From the NCBI RefSeq assembly GCF_009834535.1, contig NC_045696.1:77750001-77814000 (forward strand): 64,000 nt of DNA, given 5' to 3'. Below, one piece after another: positions 13,031 through 26,505 of the stretch. The number at the start of each line of letters is the position of its first letter. Positions within the stretch are counted from its first letter, which is position 1. The translations under genes and the position numbers were made by a program. A model generated the notes under the pieces. The model had not been told where the DNA came from and did no database searches. It saw only the letters and a program-made list of their open reading frames with translations. This stretch comes from Camelus ferus (lineage: Eukaryota).

Positions 13031-16000
13031 TATTTCAATGGCATGTCGGCTCTAACATTCTACGATTTTATCAAAGGTACTTGAAAGATTTTTTTTTCAA
13101 AATTGTTTGTATCAACTCACTCTAAAAATATAATAGCAACTCAGCTATATATATATTTTCCACTTTTATAAATTATGTCCTGGCCACAGTGTGGTTATAA
13201 AATGAAAAATATTGCTTTTTTTTACAATTTTTTTATAAGTGTATGATGGAAAAGATACTTGTTCAACAAAGCAGTTATAGCCATGAAAAAAGCCATATTT
13301 GATTTAAACACCATCAAAATGTTTTTATGATTACAGTTCAATAATGCAAACTATCACTAACAAAAAGTGAAGATAAAATCTGTTTACAGCAAAAGTCATC
13401 ATAGATCATTTTCTACAGAACAAAGCTCCTTTCCTATGTTAGCCTGACTGCAGTAACAGAATTTTGTTTACACAGTTGCATTCAGTAATGTCCAAAACAT
13501 GTAATCCAGTTCAATAATGACTACTTTGGTCTTTATCCATATAATTACCCCTCTTCTATAATGATACACCATCAGATCGCATATTGTCTGCAGAACAACC
13601 CTCACTTCCTAATTTACTAAGAAAGGAGGGAAAGTTGATAACAATCTGCTTCCACTGGATGATCTTCTATGTGTTTCAGTTTGTAAATTAAATGAGACAA
13701 GTATGTTTAAATCACTAACATGGTAAATGGCTGATAGGAAAATTTAACAAATATAAATTTATTAACAATTTTAGGCATTATTTTTTGGCTCCACATCTTA
13801 ACTTTAGAATTGATATTTCAGAACTGGAAAAGATGTTAGGAATTAGTCTGGAGAATCTCTCTTTTTACATCTGAAGAAATGGGAGCATAAGGATGGTGAC
13901 TGATTTACCCAATAAGAAGAGAGCTTGTAGTGGGACAGCTAGGGACAGACTCTAAGGCCCTTGTGAAGAGAAAAGTGCTTGTTCCAGTCGCCATACTGCC
14001 ATTTCCCACCACTAGGTAACTTTTCTAAACTGCCCATTGACACGGTCAGTCATTCACAACACAAGCCGGCAGATGGCCTGCAGTACAAAAGGAGATGGGG
14101 GAGTGCAGGAATACCTAAGTCCGTGTTCTCTCGGCCACGCTGTACAGCAACTAGATTTTTGCCCATTGTTAAATCCACTCACTTTGATGAGATTTAAAAA
14201 AAAAAAAAAAAGAAAAGCTGAGAATAATAAAACCATGAACGCTAGCAATGTATTTCCTGTAACAGTATTCCCTCAAACGGAAGAAGCATGCGCACACAAA
14301 TACCCTTGGGCACATGTAAGGACAAAGGTAAGCAAGGAAAGTATATGAATGCTCCCCATTTCTTTCATAAAGATGATGTCATGTCTATACATATTGACTT
14401 TCTTCAATGAAAATCTTTCCCATGTTTTCTCTCCTGGAATCATTCTAATTTTTAAATAGAGGTCTTTAATTATGTGAAAAATTCTTGAAAATTCTTTTTT
14501 TTTTTCTCTACTGGTTAACTCTGATAGATTGTGACCACAAGGCCAACGTCAGATGCCAACCTCATGTGTACTAACAGGCTTGTCAATGAAAACATTTCCT
14601 TTCTGGGTCTCTATTGTCATCCTAGCTAGTGATCTTGAAAACAGGCACTGTTGTCCAAAAGGGAAACTGGCTCCACACAGAAAAATGGCTTAGGACAAAC
14701 AGGCATCACTACCAGAAAAACCTTCTTATATGAGGCTTTGGATCAACAGGATTATCTTCTTGTGGGTACATATTATGGCGATGCCAGGGAAAGTGGTGCA
14801 CGTCAGCAGTAAATATTTTAGAAATAATAAGAGTCAGTGATATGAACAGTGCCCAACAGTGATAAGTTAGGCATCGTAGCAAAATGTTAATATTTGCTAG
14901 TTTTACTTTTATGCCACTCTGGAAGCAACTTACACTTTGCATAAAGCACACACTCAGTAAACTTGTGATGGAAAAATAAAAGATCATTAGAATTTCCATG
15001 ACTAAATTTATTATAAAATTTCTAATATTATTTAATCAACCTATGTTTAAAAGACTTATTTAAAAGACAATTTCATTCTCCTACACGACTGCTATTCGAA
15101 TGCTTAAATGATGGTCTTATTTTACATTCAAGAGGTATACCAAAGTCTGGGGAAGCATGAAGGAGAAAGAAACACTGGGAGAGAAGATAAAAAGAAAAGC
15201 AGAACAAAAATAATTCTGTGTCTGCACTGCAGGCTCTCTGTTCCTTTATAGAATGGGTTTGGGTTTCCCTTTCAATAAATCAAGCAGTGAGCAAGGGACT
15301 CGTTTCGCAGATGAACTGCTTGTAAGAAATTATGTATTATGGGGTTTTTTTTTAATATGGGAAATGTAGATTTAGGGGAAAATGGCACCAATACATCTTA
15401 TTTAACAGATTAAGAGGGAGAAAAGATTTTAATAAAAAAAAAAAGATATTTTTAGTAAATTACCTCATGGCCCACAATCTGAGGTTATAAAGTATTATCT
15501 CCCATTAAATGAAAAACAGAAACATATAAACAGTAACCAAAAATCCGAAAAGTATCTGTAGGACATGACCCAGAAGAGGCTGCCCCTTCTGCAGCAATGG
15601 GGATCCAAAGACAGGATGCTCTCTCCGGGCTTTGACACTGACATGGCGACCCTGGGCAAAATCCTTAACATTGTCCCACTTCAGTTTTCAATTAATGTGG
15701 GACACCTAACTTCCTTTAAATTCTAAATTTCTCAGATTTTAGATTTGGTACTTTCACCCCCCACCCACACACATATCACTGGCTTTTCTGGCTCTAACCA
15801 TTGTTAGAATTACCCACAGAGCTATTCATATTTACTGGTGCCTCTGCTCCATCCAGAGCAATTAAATCAGCATCATAAGACTGACCTTAAAAGATACCTT
15901 TTAACAAAATCTTTTTTTAATGGGAGTCCACCTCTTCCCTCTTTGTGGAGGTGTGACTGAGAAGAAAGGCATAATTACAGGTATTTAACAGATACTAGTT

Positions 16001-16143
16001 TATAACAAATTTGAATTCCACGGTAGCTGTTAGCTGATTTTGTAACATTTCAAACAACTTTCTCTTATCGTGGGAAGTAATACATAATAAAAACTATTAG
16101 ATAATACATTGAACTTTCTATCCTGCCTTTATTTCTGTAGACT

Positions 16144-16628
16144 TGCCAAATGGGCCCCTGTCATCTGCCTCCATAAGGACTGAATCATGTTGGCACTTGC
16201 CACCTACCTCTGCTCAAATTAAATCACGAGCTGCTGCAGCCCTGACCTCCAGCACTCCCTGAAAGGAGGTCAGGGTGGAGATCAGGAATGAGGCGCTCCG
16301 TGCTCTGGGAAAACTGGCTAAACAGGCCTTCAGATAGTTAGATATTTTCAGAAGATGTTATGAGCCCAAATTCTTGTGTTTCCTCATATCTAGAAAAGCA
16401 CTAAAATCGTTAATGGTGACACCTGCTCTTCGTGACTAGCCTAAATGTGTGCTTGACTGCAAGTGCCCCTTCACTGAGATCATGTATGATACTGAGCTCC
16501 CCCCTGCCTCTTTGGAGCAGTTCCTCAGAGCTCTCTGGGATGCTGTCTCCCAGGCTATAGTCCTCATTTTGCCCCAAATAAAACTTAACCCACAACTCTC
16601 ATGTTGTGTGATTTTAATTCAGTCGACA
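16144..16628 (+). mobile_element. ERV1-class solo LTR (cetartiodactyl-type, MER41-like R/U5)
   Basis: TG…CA ends, perfect 4-bp TSD gact (16140-16143 / 16629-16632), and AATAAA near the 3' end (ccccaaataaaactt). Confidence 0.85.
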
Positions 16629-19444
16629 GACTCTATTACCTTTGCCAACAAAATAAAGATGAGGTTCTACTTGGTGTGTATATATGACTGTATCAAAGAG
16701 TACACAAGTATAATTCTCAAGTTATGAGTGGAAGAAAATTTTCAACAACAACAAAAACACTTTAGCAGAGTGGAGGAAAAAAGTCTAATTATAAATTAAA
16801 TACATACTACTGTTATCCACATAAATTACTGAGAAAACATCTGAGAAAAACACAATCAAATTTAACAATGGATATGTGATAATAGATCTTTTTCTCTTTA
16901 TTCTATTTCTTTCCATTTTTTTAATAATGCACATGCATTATTTTTATAAATAAAAACACTGGAATTGAAAAAATATATGGCCTAAGTTTTTCATGGAACT
17001 CTCAGCTGAAAAACCTTTGGCTTAAAGCCAGAAGTTTTCCCTCATGCTCATAAAAGAAGCCGAACTTTACAATACACCTGCTTCCTCTCTTCTGTATAAT
17101 TTCTTTTTATATTCATGGAGTGAGCTGCAATTCAACAGCTTTTGTGGCCTTCTTCTCTCTTCTCCCCACTTGGTGTGGCATGAAAGACATTTCAAAAAAA
17201 CAATATAAACAACTCAATTGCTTGTTAAATTTTATGTTAAGGATATGCACTGACCCAGAAAAATCACCAGACAGCCAGACATGCTGCTGAAATTTAAGCA
17301 TCCCTGCCCACCTACTTGTTGTTTACAGAGAAAGCAAGCAGTGACCTGAAATTGCTTTGCTCTTCTCTGACACTTCAGCGAGAGAAACCAAGCCAGGAGG
17401 AAGGAATGGGAGCAGGTGACGTTTTTCCTACGCTATTCTACTTGTTTCGAGTAGAGCCGATTTGTTATAAGGATTAAGAACAAATTTATCACAGTTCATT
17501 CATGTATCTGAATGTAGAGGTGGGCTTCAAACACAGCAGAAGTGTGATCTGTTCTGTCACCATGTCACAATGCTTCGCCCTCCTGGGAAGACCCGTTAGT
17601 GAACATCCACTGGCTTTAGCAGTAAGGGGTTCTGCAATGTCATTCCTCAAATATTATGAACATTTTAGCTGAATTTACATTGAAAGAAAATATTTTTGTC
17701 CTGAATGTGACAAAAAAGATCTCCTTTTGTTACTGTCTTTCTCTCTCTCTCTCTCTCTCTTTTTTTTTTTCTGATATCCCAGCAGCAAAGAAGCATTCGT
17801 GTAAGAAAAAAGACATCTCACAGTTACTCTGATCTTCCTCAGACGATCAGACAGGGGAAAACAATACTCATCCTCTACACATTAGGATTTTTCCTTCCCA
17901 TGGCTCTGCTTTTCAAGCAAACTTCACCAAATCCTAGTTAGAGTAGTTAGAGTACCTGCTTCTAACCAAGGTGCTGGGGCATGAAATATTAATTTGTATT
18001 TCTGAGGAATTCTTCAACAGATTTAAATTATTTGGCACTTTAAAAAGAAATAGCTCAGTACCCTTTGGAGTTGCAAGGCTTTTTGTTGTTGTTTTTCGGT
18101 TACTTTTCAGCCCTTTCCTTCTGTCCCCTCCGAGGATACATAAAGTATAATGGCAGTGTAGGAAGCAGTTTGATAAAACTCACTGAGGGGATCAGATGGT
18201 TAAGCTCCAGGATGGGAGAATCTGGTCCTGAGTGTAAGCACTCTCTCCTGCCAGCCTTGGGAGGATAAACTTTCCTTTGGATTTTTTCTTACCAAGAGAT
18301 GCTAAGCAATAGGGCCACACTCTAAAATAAAGTGATGCTTTTATTCACCCTGAGAAGATGCTCTAGTAATGTGCTTCATAATTTAATAATTTATTATAAA
18401 ACAGAGAAAACATAGGTTGCAATTTATTGTCCCACAATATCAAAAATGGGAGGCGATATTGCAGAATTATAATTAAATGTTGGTTTAAAACAACATTTGG
18501 GTGAAAAACAAGCATTTGACATTGCAGGTGTTTTCAGGCTGAGAAGCAAATGAAGGTTAGACAAAGGAGGCTGGATAAAACAGTGATAAGACCTATGCTT
18601 AACTTAGAAAAGAAGGCAAATGAGCCTGTCTTTTGCCTTCCTCCAAATTTCCATCTTTTTCTTTTTTCTGATAACCCCAGTTACTCTAACAAAGTCTTCA
18701 ACCTGCATTAAACATACACGCATAACATGATTTCCTCAAAAAAAATTTCCCTACTTCCTACTGATGCATCCATTTTCTCTTTAATGGGAATAAAATCTTC
18801 CCTATCTACACCCAGAAATAAAGGCTTAGAAAACAAATGCAGATTTGAACAAACACATTAATTGAAAGATGGTTCTCAGATACTTTGTCTAGAGTAGCAC
18901 AAATGACTCAGATACCTAAGCAGCAGTTAGAAGACAGGACACTAGAGAGTCTTCACTGAGGGAGGAAGAAACAAAGAACAGAGGAGCTGGCGGCATGGAT
19001 GTCGTGAGCAGATGACTGGCATCAGGTCCCTGCTGATTCTGACGAGGGCTTGGAGGCGAGATAACGTGAAAGGGAAAGGGTTTCTCCTTAACAGGGTATG
19101 CAACAGAAGACATGTTTTATGATTTTGGGATCCTTTACTGAGCTCCACCTCAGCATGGAGAAGCAGAACCTGCAAGTATGCCTAAGCCAGGCATGTTCAT
19201 ACAGAGGAAGCTGTGTGACTCATGCTAACCACACTGGCTCCATATTCCTGTTATAATGCTCTAGGTCTGCCTTCTCACTCTCTTGTATGGGCCATAGCGG
19301 TAGTCCTCCAACTGGTCTCAGTGATTCTTTTCTAGCTTGTTTCACTTCTGGAGTCACCTTTCTAAACGGCAGATCTGGTGAGAATGTTTCCATGCTTAAA
19401 ATTTTAATTTTTCTTCATTATACAAGGAATCACACCCCAAGCAT

Positions 19445-19780
19445 ATGATACAAATGAACTTACTTACATAACAGAAACAGACACACAGACATAGAAAAAA
19501 AAAAACTTATGGTTACCAGAGGGGAAACAGGGGCAATAAATAATGAGTTTGGGATTAGCAGATCCAAATTACTATATAGAAAACAGATAAACAACAAGGT
19601 CCTATTGTATAGCACAGGGAACTATATTCAATATCTTGTAATAATCCATAATGAAAAAGAATATATATGTGTACAACTGAATCACTTTGCTGTGTACCAG
19701 AAACTAACACAACACTGTAAACCAACTATATTTCAACCAAAGGAAAAAAAGATAAACAGATACAAGTAGAGAAGAATCTG

Positions 19781-19816
<36 letters not shown>

Positions 19817-19832
19817 GAAAACAAAAAAACCC
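19445..19832 (+). mobile_element. 5'-truncated cetartiodactyl L1 3' UTR with A-tails
   Basis: gatacaaatgaactta…cttatggttaccagagggga…ataaacaacaaggtcctattgtatagcacagggaactatattcaatatcttgtaata…; TSD caccccaa(g/a)cat at 19433-19444 and 19833-19844. Confidence 0.85.
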
Positions 19833-19844
19833 CACCCCAAACAT

Positions 19845-21303
19845 CATGTACATAATGGCTCAGCCAGGAATATATAACCTAAACCTAATATTAAAAAATG
19901 TACAACAAACTCCAAATGGGGAACATTTTATTTAAAATAGTGAGGTGGAAGAAAAGGGAGACTGAATGTTTCAAAAAATGTCAATGTCGTAAAAGATGAA
20001 GAAGAAATCACAGTGAGCTACCACCTCACAGCCATTAGGATGATGACCATCATAAATAATAACAACAACTACTGGTGAGGATGTGGAGAAAGTAAACCCT
20101 TGTGCACCTTTTATGGGAATGCAGAATGGCACGGCTGCTGGAGAAAACAGTATGAAGTTTCCTCAAAAAATTAAAAGTAGAATAACCATATGATCACACA
20201 ATTCCACTTCCAGGTATATATCTGAAAGAACCGGAAGTGGGGTCTGGAAGAGATACACTCACATTCACAGCATTATGCATGAAAGCTAAACCAGGAAAAC
20301 AATACAAGTCTCCATAGATGGATGAATGGCTCAACAAAATGTGGTGTGTACACACAATAGATTACTCAGCTTCACAAAGACAGGAAATTCTGCTACAACA
20401 TGGATATACAGTTGAGGATATTATGCTAAATGAAACAAGTCAATCACAAAAAGAAAAATACTAAATGATGCCACTTACATGAGGCTCCTGAAGCAGTCAC
20501 AATCATAGGGACAAAAAGCAGAATGCTAGTTGCCAGGAGTGAAGAAAATGAATGGGGAGTTACTGTTTAAAGGGTATAGAGTTTCAGTTTTAAAAGGTGA
20601 AGAGAGCTATGGAGATGGTATGATGCTGATGGTCGTGCAAAAATATGAATGTATTTATTATCATTGAACTGAACACTTAAAAATGGTTAAGATGATCAAT
20701 TTTCTGTTACGTATATTTTACCACAATAAAAACTGAAACAATATGTATAAAAAAAGACAAAGGCTGTGTAAATGTTCCAGATTAATGAGCCTAAAAAGCA
20801 TAATAACTAAACACAGCATCTGATCTTAGACTAGTGCTCATACTAGAGAAAAATGAAGATCATAAAAGATATTAATGGGCCAATTGAAAAGACTAGAATG
20901 CAAACAGTAGATTAGATAAAAAGAACTCTATTAATGTGAAATTTACTGAAGTAGATACTGTATTGAGCTACGTAAGAGAATATTCCTGCTTTGGGGAAAT
21001 GTACAGTGACATATTTAAGGTAAAAGAACTTGCTTACATAATGTATTCTAAAATACTTCAGATATAAAGACATATCTATACCTATCTATCTATAGGTATC
21101 CCCATATCTATCTCGGTATCAACACAGAGAGAGGGAAAGGGAGAACAAAGGACTGATAAATGGTTAAGAGAGTTAACAATAGGTGATTCTAGGTAAAGAG
21201 TATGTAAGATTTGTATTATTATTTGTATTAGTCTATTCTTATTCTTGCAACTTTTCTGTAAGCTTGACATTCTTTCCAAATAAAATGTTAAAAAAAAAAA
21301 AAA
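19845..21303 (+). mobile_element. Old L1 3' end (L1MC3/4-like) interrupted by a younger L1MB-like copy
   Basis: aatgtcaatgtcgtaaaagatgaagaa resumes as agacaaaggctgtgtaaatgttccagatta; ends cttgcaacttttctgtaagcttgacattctttccaaataaaatgttaaaaaa. Confidence 0.7.
20003..20750 (+). mobile_element. L1MB-like ORF2 C-terminus plus 3' UTR
   Basis: cacagtgagctaccacctcacagccattaggatg…ggtgaggatgtggagaaa…tagaataaccatatgatc…caattccacttccaggtatata…cacttaaaaatggttaagatg…tttaccacaataaaaa. Confidence 0.85.
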
Positions 21304-22015
21304 AGAATTAAGTCCTAAATTCTGCACTTGAAATCTGAGGCCCTTCAGAGTTTGGCCTTAGCCTATCTCTCCAGGTCCTTTAGTTTCCCAGCACTGTACT
21401 GAAACTGGTACTTTCTGAATCATAGCACAGATGTTCATCAAGCCCTGTAACTCTGCTATTCTTGTGTATAATGATTATCTACTGATCCTATAAAGCCCAG
21501 CTCAATGATCATGTCCAGGCTTCTCAGTCAGAATTAAATGCTCATCTTCGTCCTACTGAAATACACACACAGGTATAAATACTTATCACCATGTTGGTAA
21601 ATTCAGATCATGGGACAATGCCTATATTATATTTCAATAAAACTCTGAAATAAATGAATGATTCCTAATATTAACTAATCATAATTGAATGTTAAACATT
21701 AATTAATTAATGCTAAGGGACTATGGTTCCACAAAGAATTTATCCAGTAATGGATACAAATATATGTGCATGTGCATTAGCCAGATTAATATTCTCTGTC
21801 TTATCTTATCATTTTTTCTTATCTATTTTCTTCTTCTCAATAGTCACTATGTATAAACAAGAAAACTGCCAAGATTCATATTTTCTGAAGAGAAGCTTAC
21901 AGGCTATTAAAATCGAGAAAAATTCTTATACACATATTAATAAAATTCAGATCTACATGATTATACATTAACTTATATGTTAACATATATACATACATAT
22001 ATATGTAACCTGAAT

Positions 22016-22141
22016 TATAAAAATTACACGTTTATTGTGTCTTTACAACTGATGGAAATTCATATAAATGCTGGTAAGTATAAAAATTACACGTTTATTG
22101 TGTCTTTACAACTGATGGAAATTCATATAAATGCTGGTAAG
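22016..22141. repeat. Perfect 63-bp tandem duplication
   Basis: tataaaaattacacg…aatgctggtaag occurs at 22016-22078 and again at 22079-22141. Confidence 0.95.
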
Positions 22142-23469
22142 TTCCAAGGAACTCAGAGCTTCATTTCTTTAAAACAAAAATTCCATTTTGTGTAATTACT
22201 TCTGGTAAATACTTTACACTAGAGCTATGGTCATTTATCTTTACTGAAAGTATGTTTTATAGCTAAAGATATTATAAAACCACAATCAAACAGAATGATC
22301 TGATTTTTAGTTTTGGTGTTCAGTGTTTCTGGAGAGATTTAAATGCATGTGTGAAGGCATTAAACCTTCCTTTTAGCCATCGGTTAACCACTGTGTGGGT
22401 ACAGACCCAACCATTTAACCAACTAACCTCAAGTTTTACCTAGAACAAGAAATATTTCTATGGATGACAGCATGAGTCATTCACTGTGTTCAATCCATTC
22501 AAGGTATTTTAAGAGTAAGAAGTCTAAAATACCAGATTCTGACATTCTTCATGTCAGTATATTACTATGAACTTATAACTTGCCCCAAATCACCAGATAG
22601 TCTGTGCTCCTGACACATTCGTTATATTCAATCACTGTATCAAAATAAAACAGGACTTTTCATATTGTGCCCAATATCACAGAGCTAAAAATAATAAACT
22701 TTTTACTGTTTGGCCTAAGAAAACATGGGGAAAAAACATTCACTTTGTCAAGTACATAAATAAGACTTTAGAAATAACTTAAAAATATGTATTTCACATT
22801 TTTGGCATTAAATAGTATGCTATTAACTAATTCACTTTTAATTATGTCAAAACAATATGAATAGATGGTTATGTAAACTTTTATAAGAATATGATTGTAT
22901 GTTTTAAAAGTAAACTTCAGGTACCTAAAAAATTGATAAAAATGATTAGAAGGCATTTTTAAGGTGTGAAATGAAACTGCTGCCTTCATTTAGCCATATG
23001 CCTAAATTTGTCCTTCCTGAGAGGGAAAGAAAAAACAAAACTCTTTGTTCGACACAGATTTTTCCTGTATCATAATTAGAAATGCAGATGGGAAGTTTAA
23101 ATTAGGCAATGGTTGACAGGAGGAAAGACATTTGCTTTAAAACTGTTGGGAGTGATTTCAAGTTCAAATCCTTCGAAATGAAACAAGGTCCATTTGTCAC
23201 AGAATGTAATACAATGGCACATGATCTGGTTAGTTGGCTCAAGTTTGGTTAAGACTAAAATGCATCTGTGAGACAAAAGATAAATAAGTTACATACTGGT
23301 AAGGGATCCTCAGAAAAAATGAATTTGTTTTACATTTCCAAAAGCTAACATATTAAGGGTTTCCAAATCTCTCCACAAGCTCATCTAATACTTCTCTGTG
23401 ATGGCTTTTACCTTAAAAAGGAAACATCTGCTATGCAATGAGATGTGATTCTTTTAGAATTTAAGATTT

Positions 23470-23478
23470 TATATATAT

Positions 23479-23509
<31 letters not shown>
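23470..23509. repeat. (TA)n(CA)n microsatellite
   Basis: Read directly from the sequence. Confidence 0.9.
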
Positions 23510-24999
23510 TATCATACATTCAAAACTGAGTGTCTTGAGACTCGAGGGATATATATATATTTGTAATATATATACTTCCCTGAACTTTTCTTTCTAGCCA
23601 GGGACATATAACTGAAAATCCTGTAAATAATTCTTTACAGTAATTAGAAATATTGATGTAAATTCTTAAGATATGTATAGCTTGATTTAGGTTTTCAGAA
23701 TTATAAATTGCATATGGTATTCAGTTGTATTGAAATTAAATACTACAAACTATGGAATATGACATTGTCCTGCTCTTACACAGCTGATATGGGCCTAAGA
23801 TTTGCATTCATAAAACAATTAGATAATAATGTTTATTTTAAATGTTACTTTTGATTATCCAAGTGATGTTAAATAAAAGCAATTATTTTAAACTCTTTCT
23901 ATAGTGATGTTGATTTGCGCACACAGTGATGAAGAGTACCATCACAGTAAAAATACCAGTTTGGCCAAATGAAGCCTAAGCTACTAAAGAAGCATTATTA
24001 GTGAGTAGAGTTACATTATATTCCACCTTCATTCACTGGAAAAGGAGTGTTGTTAAATAATACATTTCTAGATTTTCTTTCATGATGGTGTTCAGTTTCT
24101 CAACTCCTGATTTTATTCAATCAGTAATAAGATAAAGCCTACAGGGACCAAACAAATCTAGAACACTAACTTTGCTTACAGTGTGTCCCTAAGTTAATTA
24201 TTCTCTGGATTCTGACTCCTGCTTTGTGACCTGACTGACTCATTACTGTTCTCTCAGTTACTGAATTAATATTTCCTCTTCCGTCCTCCCTTCCTCTCCT
24301 CCTTCTAGTTCTGATACTTTATTTACTCATATATCATCAGAGTAGTAATCAATTAGTTTTATTTACTACTCTTCCTACCACACTTGAGCTTCTGTTTTTA
24401 GTTATCCTGATGGTTTTATCTATTTTCCTGAATCATATGCTAATATTACTCTTTACTAATTTATAATTTTAAAAAATCTATTAACCTTGTGCTACAAAGA
24501 TGAATTTAGTTCATAAACAGCCATCAACTTTTTATTTCTTTATCCTAAACATAGTTATAAACGCTATTTTTAGTTCCTGTGTATCTTTAAATATTTATCT
24601 TTAAAACTATACAAATACCTAAACCTTTATTTTTCGTTATATTAATTATGGATTATATCTCAATTTTTCCCCAATGTAAAATGAATACAGTAGTACCGCT
24701 ATGCTTTTTCCATCACCAAACTACTTTTACTTTCATATTAACAAGACTCCTATTATTTACATTCTATTATACAACCACAATTAATTTATTCATATATAGG
24801 TTTATTCTAAAAGTAAACAGCATGTATGACATTTTGACTATGTAACTATTGTTCACTACAGAGCCAAATCAGCTGTCAGAATTGTAATGTTTCTAGCCAG
24901 TAAGACATATAACCCCATTCCACTCAAAAATACTATTCATATAGATTTTCCTTTCTTACTTACTGATCAAAATCAAGATACAATTTAATCAGCTTCATA

Positions 25000-25760
25000 T
25001 TCTGACCATGCTTCACTTTTGGTTTTAGTTTTGTTTTTCCAACCTGGAATTTCTCATTTTTCCCCCTCCACCTTATTGAGCAGAGAAACATTTTCTGTCT
25101 TCATGATATTCCAAATATCTGTTAGCTTATTACTTGATCTATTCATTGCTTGAAATGGGTTCCATTCTTAAAGTCCACTGATTTTACCCTCTATTTTAAA
25201 TTGGAGATTTCATATTTGAAACTAAAAATTTCTTATATGCACTTTGGGTTTCCCTAGTGTTTCTAGGAAACACTTGCATTTGATTTTGATTTGTACCCTT
25301 TCAGATGTGGCTCTTTCTGCTTCTAACTGGACTGTTTGCTTTTTTGGATGGCTGTACAGCCACACTCCTCTTCCCTGTTTTCTCTACCCTTCTGAATCAG
25401 TCACTGTTTCCTGGATTCCGCATCATCCTTTATCTTGTTTCTCTCCTCATTTGGTTGAGTAACATCTTCAAGTAGTTCTTTAATAATATATCCATGAGAG
25501 GTAAGTTCTGTGAGTCCATGCGATAGAGAGGTCCTGATTCTGTTTGCCTAACTGGTTGATAGATTGACTTAATTTAGTTTTCTAGGTTGAAAATAATTTT
25601 CTCTAAAACCTTTAAAGGTTTTTTCCCATTTTCTGCTACAATACTGAGTTGCTGATGTGATTCTGATGCCAGTCCTATATTAATCCTTTTGTAGAGATTA
25701 TGCTTTTAATTACATAGTTTGTTTTTAATCTTTGGAAGCTCTTAGGTTCATTATGTTTCT
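25000..25760 (-). mobile_element. Very old L1-family relic (HAL1/L1ME ORF1-end-like)
   Basis: T-rich antisense motifs catcttcaagtagttcttt…tggttgatagattgact…ttctaggttgaaaataattttctct…tctgatgccagtc. Confidence 0.5.
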
Positions 25761-26299
25761 TCTATTTCTAACATAACATTTAGGAATAATTTATTAGAAT
25801 AGGATTACTAGAGAAAGGCCAGACATATACATGATTAATGTAAGAAAACTACCTATATTGTGAAATTTCAGATGTGCCTAAAAGTCTGCATGCTCTTCCA
25901 CTTTTACAAAATTTTCCAGTATTGACCAACCATGGTACATAAAAATGCCCATAATTAAGTCATTTATTTGGAATAAGACACAAATATTTTCAAAGGTTCC
26001 ATGAAAATATCCCAATTTAAAAGAATAGGTTAATTCATTAACATTTGTTAATTGCCTTGGCCAGTGCAGTAGGCACTGGAGATACATTGCCAAATAAAAA
26101 ACTATCTTTCCCAGTGAGAAGCAACTTCAAACATTTATACACAATAGTTTTTTTATCCACCAAGGTTCTGAGAAACTAGTATATAGCGGTCAATCAAAAT
26201 AAGGTCTTAGAAAGAGGAAGGCAGACAAACGAACAGCCTTCTGGTAGAAAAAGTTGGAGGACTTGACTCAAGGTCCAGCTCTATGAATGAAAGAGGAAG

Positions 26300-26505
26300 T
26301 GCATAGTGGAAGTTAAGGGAATAAACTCTAAAATCAGACTGCCTGGCTTCAGATTTCCACTTAACTTTACGTGGCCATAAAAATCTACTTAAACTTTCTA
26401 ACCAAGAGATGGGTTTATTAATACAATAAATACAATAAAGCATTTAATATAACATCTATTACAGAGTAGCCATTCTATAAATGTTAGTAATAATAATATA
26501 ATAAT
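26300..26505 (+). mobile_element. MIR SINE
   Basis: gcatagtggaagttaagggaataaactctaaaatcagactgcctggcttcagatttccactta. Confidence 0.65.

Noticed and set aside
19509..19769. 86-aa ORF
   Set aside because: Lies in an L1 3' UTR; chance open frame.
21977..22195. ORF with a repeated 21-aa peptide
   Set aside because: A by-product of the 63-bp DNA duplication being a multiple of three.
23546..23580. ggga(TA)n…(TA)n-tccc hairpin
   Set aside because: Self-complementarity is explained by the alternating TA microsatellite.
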